From Planctomycetota bacterium (GTDB taxonomy: Bacteria > Planctomycetota > PLA2 > JAEUHO01): a stretch of 64,000 nt of DNA. The notes below the pieces were generated by a model. That model was not told the DNA's origin. It saw only the letters and a program-made list of their open reading frames with translations, and made no database searches. Position numbers and translations under genes: made by a program. Where the stretch lies: NCBI GenBank assembly GCA_965223505.1, contig CBDCWP010000039.1, positions 224,001-288,000 on the forward strand, written 5' to 3'. Position 1 is the stretch's first letter, and each line of letters starts with the position of its first letter. This document shows, piece by piece, positions 48,252-56,478 of the stretch.

Positions 48252-48719
48252 GTGCACGAACGTAGACTCTTGGCTTCATCGCTGTGCTTGCTGGCACTCG
48301 TCCTGAGTGCTTGCGCAAGTGCCTCCAGTCAGCGACTGCCCGCATACGAGCCCTACGTGTTTCCTGTGCTCGAGTGCCGTCTTGTCCGCGCGGAGGAGTA
48401 CGTCATGGTCGTGCGATCGAACCGGACGTGGTGGATTGTGGACCAAACGCTCTCGGATCATGACAAGAACAAGGTACAAGTGGGCACTTGGCGGGCGCTT
48501 GATCAATCTGTGTTGCAGTTTCGGCGATACGGTAGCCGGCGGCCAACCGGCTATCTAAGGTGCGATCTATCGGACCGCTCCGGAACAACGTGGGCCTTCT
48601 CTCGCGATCAGGGATTCCAGCGTTCGACTCGCTTGGTCGTGTCCGACCCGAGTGAAGTCCATATCCTATGGAATGCGCTCTCTCCGGTGAAAGACCGACT
48701 AGCTCTGGCCGCCCGATGA
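48252..48719 (+). CDS. Putative lipoprotein
   Basis: MHERRLLASSLCLLALVLSA-C lipobox-like signal. Confidence 0.55.
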   Translation: MHERRLLASSLCLLALVLSACASASSQRLPAYEPYVFPVLECRLVRAEEYVMVVRSNRTWWIVDQTLSDHDKNKVQVGTWRALDQSVLQFRRYGSRRPTGYLRCDLSDRSGTTWAFSRDQGFQRSTRLVVSDPSEVHILWNALSPVKDRLALAAR

Positions 48720-48864
48720 CCCAGTTTTCGCGCTGCGGCTTGAAGCATCCCCTTGCCGAGAACGACAGCCAGACGTCCGTATCCACAGGAGCTTGAAGGA
48801 GACACGGACACGCGGCGACGGCTGCAGTCGCTCGTGGCGGGCAGCGATAGCACTCTCCGAGTTC

Positions 48865-49377
48865 CTACTTGACGTTTGCTTGCTCCTTCGTCAGCGCAGT
48901 CGCAGCAACCGCGATAGCGTCAAACATGTTGGAGTGATAGCGCGTCTTCCATTTGCGGTTGAGGCCGAGAAAGGCCCGAAGCCGCGGGTATCCCTGACAG
49001 ATAGCGGAAGCGACTCGAGCCTTGCTGGCGTTTCCGTCTCCGGTGACTCGTTTTTTCGCTGTGCTCGGGGAGACCAGCACGACGCGCACTCCCAGCGCCT
49101 CCGCTAGTGACTGGATCTCGTCGGCAACCAGGCGCAGCAAGCCAGAGTGAGAGCTTGCTGAGAAGAAGATGCGCTCGATGACCACAGCCTCGGGTTGATA
49201 GGCCTCGATGAGGCGGCCAACGACCTTGCGTGCTGCCGCCAGAGTCTGTTGCGGTCGGCACTCCCAGATCTCAAAGACCTGATGATGAATGAGCTCACGG
49301 CCTTCAAGCACAGCCGTACCCAGATACCTCGTTCCCGGATCTATCCCCAGCACCCTTTCTGGTCTTGGACCCTTCAT
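48865..49377 (-). CDS. RuvC-like (Holliday-junction resolvase family) nuclease; ORF open to 49407
   Basis: VLGIDPGT, VVIE, SP..AKKRVTGDGNASKARV, MFDAIAVA; no ruvA/ruvB nearby. Confidence 0.85.
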   Translation of the reverse strand: MKGPRPERVLGIDPGTRYLGTAVLEGRELIHHQVFEIWECRPQQTLAAARKVVGRLIEAYQPEAVVIERIFFSASSHSGLLRLVADEIQSLAEALGVRVVLVSPSTAKKRVTGDGNASKARVASAICQGYPRLRAFLGLNRKWKTRYHSNMFDAIAVAATALTKEQANVK

Positions 49378-49697
49378 GAAAGCAGGGTGCGGTACTTCTC
49401 CAGGCAAGCCAGCCAGGAAGAGTTCCCAAGGAAGATCGAATCCGCTCCTAGGGCCCAGGTGGATCGCCCAGAAGCGCTCTGAGCTTCCACCAATAGCGCC
49501 GAGCCACTCGGTACTCGCTCAGTTCCCAGGCCTTCCAGGTGCGGTGAGCGACACCCACCCGGACTGCAGCCTCACGCTGCAATAGACCGAGCCGTCGTCG
49601 GGACCGGCGAATCCAGTTGCTCTCAGCTCGTCCGTCGAGCCGAGGAAATGGCGGCACCGGGACTGACAAAGTGGCATTCCAACAAGGCTCCAAACCC

Positions 49698-50130
49698 CTC
49701 ACCCTTCGGAGGGGGGCCTGGGGGCACGTGCGGAGTGGGCCTTGAACCTCGATGGAGACGTTCTTCGTTGCGGTCCTTCGAGTGCCGCGAGGAAGCGTCC
49801 TCGTGATGTAGGCGCGATGCGGAGCAAGGACGCGGGCGCTCACCCTTTAGAGGGGGTCCTGGGGGCAGCGCCCCCAGAGTGGAGACGTTCTCCGCCGGGG
49901 TCTTTCGAGCGCCGCGAGGAAGCGTCCTCGTGATGTAGGCGCGATGCGGAGCAAGGACGCGGGCGCTCACCCTTTAGAGGGGGTCCTGGGGGCAGCGCCC
50001 CGAGTGGAGACGTTCTCCGCCGGGGTCTTTCGAGCGCCGCGAGGAAGCGTCCTCGTGATGTAGGCGCGATGCGGAGCAAGGACGCGGGCGCTCACCCTTT
50101 AGAGGGGGTCCTGGGGGCAGCGCCCCCAGA
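49698..50130. repeat. Structured tandem repeat array, right part
   Basis: 49698-50094 matches 42992-43388 with one visible mismatch, followed by the end of the last unit. Confidence 0.92.
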
Positions 50131-50167
50131 AAAGAAAAAGGGTGCCGACGCTTGCGCGCCGGCACCC
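50130..50167 (-). terminator. Rho-independent terminator of HEAT paralog C
   Basis: Minus strand GGGTGCCG-loop-CGGCACCC followed by TTTTTCTTTT. Confidence 0.8.
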
Positions 50168-50193
50168 CACAAGAGACTCAACGGTCGGCACCT

Positions 50194-52311
50194 CTAGATG
50201 ATGGAGAGCACCTCGTTGATCAGGTCGGTCGAAGCCCGGTAGTTGACGTCCTTGCTGATGCGAGCCAGCGAGGGAATCGACTCGAGGTCACCGATGACGC
50301 CCAGGCCGGCCGTGGCCAGCGCGCGGGTGAGGTCCTGCTCCTTCTTCTTGCCTTCGTTGAGGGCAATCTCGACGAGCGGACCGACGGCTTCTTCGTTACC
50401 GATCTTGGCGAGAGCCAGCACGACCTGGCCCTTGACGCTCTGGCTGGAGGCGTTGCGCAGCTCCTCGAGCAGCAGCTCGACGGCCTTGTCGTCCTTCAGC
50501 AGACCGAGCGCCGTGGCGCACTGCTGACGCATCTCCTCGGAGCGCTTCTCCTTCAGCGCTTCGCGGATCGCGACCAGCACCGGCTTCGGGCCGTGGCCGA
50601 CCAGACCGAGCGCCAACGCCGAGTAGCCGCGCAGCTCCTGGTCTTCCTTGCGGTCGGCGACGATCTCACGCAGGACACGCTGGCTGTGCTCGTCCTTGAT
50701 GATGCCCAGCGCGCAAGCGAAGGCAGCGCGGCCGCGCTTGTCCATCTTCTTGCTCTGAACACCGTTGCGCAGGATCTCGAGGGCCTTCTGGCGAACCTCG
50801 CCGTAGGCGTTGATGTTCGGCTCCGCCGTGATCTCGCGGCCCATCAGCGACAGGGCGAGCGCGGCGAACGGACGGTGCATGTACTTCCCGTCCTCGGCTT
50901 CCTTCAGCAGGAACTCCTCGACGCGGGAGCCGTCGATGACGTCCGTCTTGTCCTGCTTGACGTCGTTGATGACGACGTAGGCAAGGCTGATGTAGCTGAA
51001 GTTGCGAGCACTGGAGTCCTTGACCTTGTTCTTCTGGATGGCTTCCAGGAGACCGTTGGCCAGGTTGACACGCTCCGCGGCCGGAATCAGGCGGCTGAGC
51101 ACGCCGAGGCCGATGGCGGCCGAGCGCTGGATGTTGGGGTCGTTGTTGCGGCGAGCGGTGAGCGCACGCTGCAGGACCGGAATGTCAGCCGTGTTGCCGA
51201 TGCGACCGATGGTCAGAGCGGCGTACGAACGCACGAGGTTCGACGCGTCGCCCTTGTACATCTTGCCCTTGAGGACGACCTCGCGCAGCACCGCGCGCTG
51301 GTCTTCCGTGAGGCTGTCCTTCGGCTGAAGGCCGATGGCCATCATGAGACCCACGTACAGGTCCTGGTTCGAGTAGTCGGCCTTGAGGAGCTCGAACAGG
51401 CGAGCCGTCGTGGCGGCGGCGGCGCCCTTGGCGGCGCTGCCCTCGTCCGTCGCGCTACCCGGGTAGTCCGCGGAACCCGTCGGCTGGTCGCCGAGCAGGC
51501 CGAGGCTCAGCGCGGCGAAGCCGCGTGTGCGAGCCTGGTAGTCCTTGTCGTTCTCGAACACGTCGAAGAGGAACGTGCGGACCTTGTCGAGGTCGGCGGC
51601 GGCGAACTGGTACTGCTCTTCCTGGCGGCGAAGCAGACCCAGCGCGAGCGCGGCGGACTCCTGCGTGATGAGGTCCTTCTTCTCCTTCGGATCCAGACCC
51701 TTCATGAGCATCTCGATGTGCTTCGGGTCCTTGTTGGTCATCTTGGCCAACGCGATGTAGGCCGCGGACTCGGTGTCCTGGTGACCGGCCAACTTCGGGT
51801 CGTTGATGAGCTTCTCCATCGCCGGGATGATCGTGCTCTCGACCGCGGCGCGAATGTTGTGCATCGCATCCGAACGGTTCGAGCGCTCGCGACCACCCAG
51901 GTCGAAGATGAGGCTCTCGGACGAGACCACGCTGTAGAGGATGTCCTTCAGCGTCTCGATGGTCTCCTTGTTGTTGTGGTACCAGAACGACCAGTTCTCG
52001 AACGTGATCGCCGACGGGCCCTTGCGGGGCTGGTTGCCCGAGGTGGGCTGGGTCGGCGTGGTCGTCGGTCCGACGGACGTCGGCGTCGGGTTGCTGTTGG
52101 GCGAGCCCGGCGTCGTCGGCGTGCTGGGGGTCGTGGGCGGGCCCGAGGGGGGCGGCGGCGGAGGCGGCGTCGGGTCGGTCGGCTCGCGCATGTTGGGCGG
52201 AACCGCGCCACCGGGGCCGCGGAACTGGCCGCCGTGTGCCCAGAGGTCACCGGCGAAGAGGAGCACGGCGACGGTGACGGCCAGCGCTCCGAAGATCGTT
52301 CGCTTCATCAT
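50194..52311 (-). CDS. Secreted HEAT-repeat protein (paralog C)
   Basis: GGAG RBS; signal peptide; AHGGQFRGPGG; Pro/Thr linker; HEAT repeats. Confidence 0.88.
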   Translation of the reverse strand: MMKRTIFGALAVTVAVLLFAGDLWAHGGQFRGPGGAVPPNMREPTDPTPPPPPPPSGPPTTPSTPTTPGSPNSNPTPTSVGPTTTPTQPTSGNQPRKGPSAITFENWSFWYHNNKETIETLKDILYSVVSSESLIFDLGGRERSNRSDAMHNIRAAVESTIIPAMEKLINDPKLAGHQDTESAAYIALAKMTNKDPKHIEMLMKGLDPKEKKDLITQESAALALGLLRRQEEQYQFAAADLDKVRTFLFDVFENDKDYQARTRGFAALSLGLLGDQPTGSADYPGSATDEGSAAKGAAAATTARLFELLKADYSNQDLYVGLMMAIGLQPKDSLTEDQRAVLREVVLKGKMYKGDASNLVRSYAALTIGRIGNTADIPVLQRALTARRNNDPNIQRSAAIGLGVLSRLIPAAERVNLANGLLEAIQKNKVKDSSARNFSYISLAYVVINDVKQDKTDVIDGSRVEEFLLKEAEDGKYMHRPFAALALSLMGREITAEPNINAYGEVRQKALEILRNGVQSKKMDKRGRAAFACALGIIKDEHSQRVLREIVADRKEDQELRGYSALALGLVGHGPKPVLVAIREALKEKRSEEMRQQCATALGLLKDDKAVELLLEELRNASSQSVKGQVVLALAKIGNEEAVGPLVEIALNEGKKKEQDLTRALATAGLGVIGDLESIPSLARISKDVNYRASTDLINEVLSII

Positions 52312-52661
52312 GAATTCTTACTCCCGTGGGAGCCGCTTCAGGCAGCCAGTTCCCGAACGCGGAACTCCCTGGCTCATCGTAAGCACAAGGGGTGCCGAGT
52401 GATACCCACGCATGACCCTGCCGACATCCTTCTTCACACGGCGCGTAACCCAGGCACTGAAGCGAAGATACGTGAGGGCGCCCGGATCGCCCTCGGCCGC
52501 GTCGGGGGCGGCGCGCGACGGCTCGAGTGCTACCGTTCGGTAGCACCTTGCAAGCCACGAAACGGCCGTTCAAACGCGTCCACGAACCGCCGCTCCCAGG
52601 CTCCGTGGGCCGTGGGTAGGGTGAGCGGCCCGAAAACGTCGCCGGTGGAGCGAGGAGAACG

Positions 52662-54641
52662 ATGTACGTCACGCCCCAAACGGACGACGGCTGGGTTCGA
52701 AGCGTTCAGGCCGCGGCGAACGCCCACTTCGAGGTCGAGGTCGTGTTTCCGGTGACGGACGCCTTCCGGGACCGCGTGCAGGGCCGCGAGAAGGAGATCG
52801 TCTTCGCCGCCCGCAGCCGGCTCGCCCGGCTCGGCATCAACGTCGTCCCCTCGACGCCGCCGACCTGGGACGGGGATCGCATCGAGATGCGGGCCACCGT
52901 CAGCGCCACCGTCTCGGCGTACGGCGTGGAGCCGTTCCTGAAGGACCTCGTGCGGCCGGGGCTTCACGTCGGGCGCCTCGTGTTCTGCCCCGCCGAGCAG
53001 CGGCTCACCTCGACGGAGATCCTCGAGGCGGTCCGCGACAACACGCTGCAGCTGCCCGTCGACTACTCGATCGACGGCGACGGCCGCTTCACGATCCGAC
53101 CGAGCGGGCACATCTACGGACTGCACCCCGCGCTCACGTTCGAGGACCTGATGACGATCGCCGTGCGTGCCGACGGCAAGGACCTGCTCAACCGCATGCA
53201 GGTGCGCGAGCGCGTCGATCAGATCGTCCTGCCGCCGGGCGACGGGGTCATCACGTCGTGCGCGATGTTCCTGCACAAGCACTACGTCGTTCTGGATCCC
53301 GAGGCGGGTCCGCTCGGGCAGCATCTCGAGGCGGTGGTGCTCGATCCGATCTCGACGCGCGGTACGAGCGTGTTCCTCGAGTTCGCCAATCACGGCGACA
53401 ACACGATCGTCAATCCGACCGTTCGTGCGGAGGTCTATCACGCGGATCCGCTGCTCAGTCGCACGCGGCGCTGGTACGGGACGGGCGTCGAACTGCAAGT
53501 CGAGGCGAAGGGACGCAGCCGAGCGCAGCTCGAGTACGAAGAGCTCGTCGGTGTGTTCGAGCGGCTCGAAGAAGGCGCGACGCCCGGGCGCTACTCGCAC
53601 CGTGTCGTCGCGGCCGTCGATGATCCTCTCGAGCTCGTCGCCGGCAAGCCGCCGATCGCGTTGTGGGTGAAGCCGCATCCGGAGGAGGACCGCACGCCGA
53701 TCCTCGACGTGTCGTCGCGCCTACGCGATGGCGTGGAGGTCGCGGCGCGCCGCGAGCACGGCACGCGCATGCTGGCCGACCTGCCGAGCGGCGCGGGCGC
53801 GACCCTGCTGCTCGGCTACTTTCCGAACCTCGTCGAGCACTTGGAGATCTGTGCGGCCGCGTTGGACCGGCGCATCAAGCGCATCATCTTCCGGCGGGCT
53901 TCCTACGAGCATGGTTCGTTCCTCTCGGCGCGCGACCACGGACGGCTCGCCGACTACGAGGGGTTGGGCGTCGAGGTCTTCTGGTGCCACGAGGAGCGGC
54001 AGCACGTGGTGCGGCACGTCTTCCGGGGGCTGCGGGGGTTCTTCGTCAAGCCCGAGGACGTCGAGCGGTTCCGGACGAGCCTGATCATCGCGTCGTACGG
54101 CTCCGCGTTGCGTTTGCCCGACCAGACGTTCGCGTCGATGCGGACGCTCTTCGCCGACGTGAACGCGTTCTTCGGCAACAACGTGTCGATCATGACGGGC
54201 GGCGGTCCGGGGTCCATGCAGCAGGCGACCGACGTCGCGGACGAGCTCGACATGCTGGTCGGGGCGAGCTTCATCGAGGCGGAGGGCCAGAAGACCAACG
54301 AGAGCGCGAGCTACTACCAGACGTTCCAGGGCCGCAGCCGGCAGGCGCGCCAGCGTTGGTTCGAGGTCGCGAGCTTTCACCTGTTCTTCATGGGCGGCGT
54401 CGGCACGCTCGAGGAGGTGGGGCTGACGCTGACGGACATGAAGCTGGGCGTGATCGAGCGTTCGCCGATCGTGTTCTTCGGGCCCCACGGCGACGAGCCG
54501 TACTGGACGCATCTGCGCGAGCAGCTGGACGTGATGATGGCGGAAGGGCGTGCGCCGGACTGGCTCAGCACCCATACTCTCGTGACGAGTGATCCCTACG
54601 AGGTCACCAAATTCTACAAACAGGTGCTCGAGCTCGGTTGA
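52662..54641 (+). CDS. LOG-family protein with long N-terminal extension
   Basis: C-terminal IMTGGGPGSM and GGVGTLEE; AGGAG RBS. Confidence 0.8.
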   Translation: MYVTPQTDDGWVRSVQAAANAHFEVEVVFPVTDAFRDRVQGREKEIVFAARSRLARLGINVVPSTPPTWDGDRIEMRATVSATVSAYGVEPFLKDLVRPGLHVGRLVFCPAEQRLTSTEILEAVRDNTLQLPVDYSIDGDGRFTIRPSGHIYGLHPALTFEDLMTIAVRADGKDLLNRMQVRERVDQIVLPPGDGVITSCAMFLHKHYVVLDPEAGPLGQHLEAVVLDPISTRGTSVFLEFANHGDNTIVNPTVRAEVYHADPLLSRTRRWYGTGVELQVEAKGRSRAQLEYEELVGVFERLEEGATPGRYSHRVVAAVDDPLELVAGKPPIALWVKPHPEEDRTPILDVSSRLRDGVEVAARREHGTRMLADLPSGAGATLLLGYFPNLVEHLEICAAALDRRIKRIIFRRASYEHGSFLSARDHGRLADYEGLGVEVFWCHEERQHVVRHVFRGLRGFFVKPEDVERFRTSLIIASYGSALRLPDQTFASMRTLFADVNAFFGNNVSIMTGGGPGSMQQATDVADELDMLVGASFIEAEGQKTNESASYYQTFQGRSRQARQRWFEVASFHLFFMGGVGTLEEVGLTLTDMKLGVIERSPIVFFGPHGDEPYWTHLREQLDVMMAEGRAPDWLSTHTLVTSDPYEVTKFYKQVLELG

Positions 54642-54894
54642 TGAAGTACCGGACGTGGCTGTTGTCCGCACTCCTGCTCGGTGGGACCGCGCGTGCGGAC
54701 GACCGTCCGTTTCCGAGGACGCCGGCGGACTGCGCCCGGGGATGCTCTTGCTGCGCCTGGCCCGAACTCGGAACCTCGTCCTGGGCGGGCACAGAGCCCC
54801 CTGCGGCGAGAACCGCTCGTTCGGGCTCGGGCTCGCATCGGTCTCCCAGGGCTCGCGACGCGGCATTTCGAAACAGAGCCTAGGGAGGTGATCG

Positions 54895-55077
54895 ATGGCA
54901 GAGCGTGAACCGAATCCGTATCAGTGGCGCTTCTTCCTGCTGGGGTTCTTGTGCCTCATCGGAACGCTGGTGTTCGGCTTACGGGACGATGCTACATATC
55001 GCGGAATGACCTTGCCGTTGTCGATCTTCGGCAGCACGGCCTTTGCGCTCGGGACCTGGATCCACATCAAGTCGTAG
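54895..55077 (+). CDS. Small two-TM membrane protein
   Basis: GGAGGTG RBS; two hydrophobic helices. Confidence 0.6.
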   Translation: MAEREPNPYQWRFFLLGFLCLIGTLVFGLRDDATYRGMTLPLSIFGSTAFALGTWIHIKS

Positions 55078-55105
55078 CGCCACCCGATTCACATTCCAGA
55101 CCGGA

Positions 55106-55274
55106 CCTGATCGACGACCGGTTGGGCGACCACGAGGGTCGCCCCTACGAATCGTGCATGTGTCCGCGCCTGATCGACGACCGGTTGGGCGACCACGAGG
55201 GTCGTCCCTACGAATCGTGCATTTGTCCGCGCCTGGTATACGACCGGTTGGGCGACCACGAGGGTCGCCCCTAC
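55106..55274. repeat. Three tandem GTAG-type REP units (63-bp period)
   Basis: Minus strand GTAG-GGGCGACCCTCGTGGTCGCCC palindromes between convergent genes. Confidence 0.85.
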
Positions 55275-55325
55275 ATCCGCGTTCACCGCATCGCGGTCCA
55301 AGATGTCGCACGCCGACGTTGCCCA

Positions 55326-56438
55326 TTACCACGGCGCCGGGAACGTCTGCTCGATCGCTTCGCGCTCCACCACCAGGCGCTCGGTCCACTCCCGGCCGTC
55401 CGCGCGCCTCAGCACCACGTTGTAGACACCCGGTGCGAGATACCCCTCGAAGTGGGCGCCCCCGTGCATCTCCCCCGTCTGCCAGCCGGCCGGCAACACG
55501 CGCGCGGCCGCGGCGCCCTCACCGGCCAAACGCACGCGCAACGTAAGACTGCGGTCGACCTTGCCGCCGCGCGTGGCCCCGATCAAGCGCACGTACGCGC
55601 GGTATCGAACCCGCACGTCCACCGCCTGCGTTCGTCCGGTTCGGACGTAGATCTCTCGATCGTCCACCCGCTCGATGGGTTGATAGCGCACGGCGTCCTT
55701 CATGACGGCATCGACGATCGAAAGCGTGTATCGGCCACCCGGCAACGTAGAAAACGTGAGCGCCTTCGGCCGTCCGCGCCCTCCGATGTGCTCGTCATGC
55801 CGGCTCCCGAAGTCGCGGTTCGTATCCAGATGCATGAGCTTCATCCGCAGTGCCGCGGAGATCTCGACCGGCTCCGACGTGTCGTCCAGAAGCTGCAACG
55901 TGAGCACGCCGGCGGCCTCGATCGCCATCGTCACGCGATGGGTTTCGTTGCCTTCGACGGCGATCATGTTCGATGCTCGTCGGTAATACGGAGCCCGGGC
56001 AAGAACCATGAGCCCGACGCGCGGGACGTCGCGAAAGATCGCGATGCCGGCCTCGTCAGTCGCGCGCTTGACCCGAAACACCACGCGGCGGCGAGCGGGC
56101 TGCTCGACGGTCACCTCGGCGCCCGACACCGGCCGGCCGGAGTCTTTGTCGATGACCTCCACCTCCAGATCCACCCCGCTCGCCGTCGGCTCCGCCTCGA
56201 CTCGTTCTTCGGATCCGTCGATGTCCGTGGTCTCGGCTTCGGGCGCCGGTTGAGGATCCGCTTCGCCGCCTCCGTGCACGCGGCCTTCGAGCATCGCGCG
56301 CGCGGCCTCGTCGTTCTCCGGCGACACGGTGCTGGGGCCGGCATCGGGCCCGCCTGTCTCCCCGCCGAACAACCACGCCGCGAGCCCAACCACCGCGATC
56401 AACGGCAAGAGCAGCAGCGATGAGCGCCCGACGTTCAT
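55326..56438 (-). CDS. Membrane-anchored carboxypeptidase-regulatory-like domain protein
   Basis: N-terminal TM; VIDKDSGRPVSGAEV..TDEAG. Confidence 0.7.
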   Translation of the reverse strand: MNVGRSSLLLLPLIAVVGLAAWLFGGETGGPDAGPSTVSPENDEAARAMLEGRVHGGGEADPQPAPEAETTDIDGSEERVEAEPTASGVDLEVEVIDKDSGRPVSGAEVTVEQPARRRVVFRVKRATDEAGIAIFRDVPRVGLMVLARAPYYRRASNMIAVEGNETHRVTMAIEAAGVLTLQLLDDTSEPVEISAALRMKLMHLDTNRDFGSRHDEHIGGRGRPKALTFSTLPGGRYTLSIVDAVMKDAVRYQPIERVDDREIYVRTGRTQAVDVRVRYRAYVRLIGATRGGKVDRSLTLRVRLAGEGAAAARVLPAGWQTGEMHGGAHFEGYLAPGVYNVVLRRADGREWTERLVVEREAIEQTFPAPW

Positions 56439-56478
56439 CCGGTCGCAGTATCGCACCGGGACTGCGGTGAGGCCGCTG

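Larger units (their letters stand above)
43389..49697. mobile_element. Putative TIR-bounded cargo element inserted in the repeat array
   Basis: Ends GGCTTTGGACGCTAGTTGGA and (rc) GGGTTTGGAGCCTTGTTGGA (16/20); CTCA immediately outside both ends; 397-bp flanking direct repeat; visibly lower GC than flanks. Confidence 0.72.

Noticed and set aside
48865..49407. TnpB/IscB/Cas12 or IS110 transposase call; housekeeping ruvC call
   Set aside because: Contiguous resolvase-type motifs, too short for those families; no ruvA/ruvB context and it lies inside an inserted element
42915..50130. CRISPR or TIGR-like guide array paired with the RuvC protein
   Set aside because: Units are 125-140 bp and nearly identical with no unique spacers; no cas genes; the RuvC ORF is only ~170-180 aa with no room for Nop, REC or zinc-finger domains
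54638..54883. Small Cys-containing secreted peptide
   Set aside because: Signal-like start but low-complexity remainder and no recognisable family; not enough support
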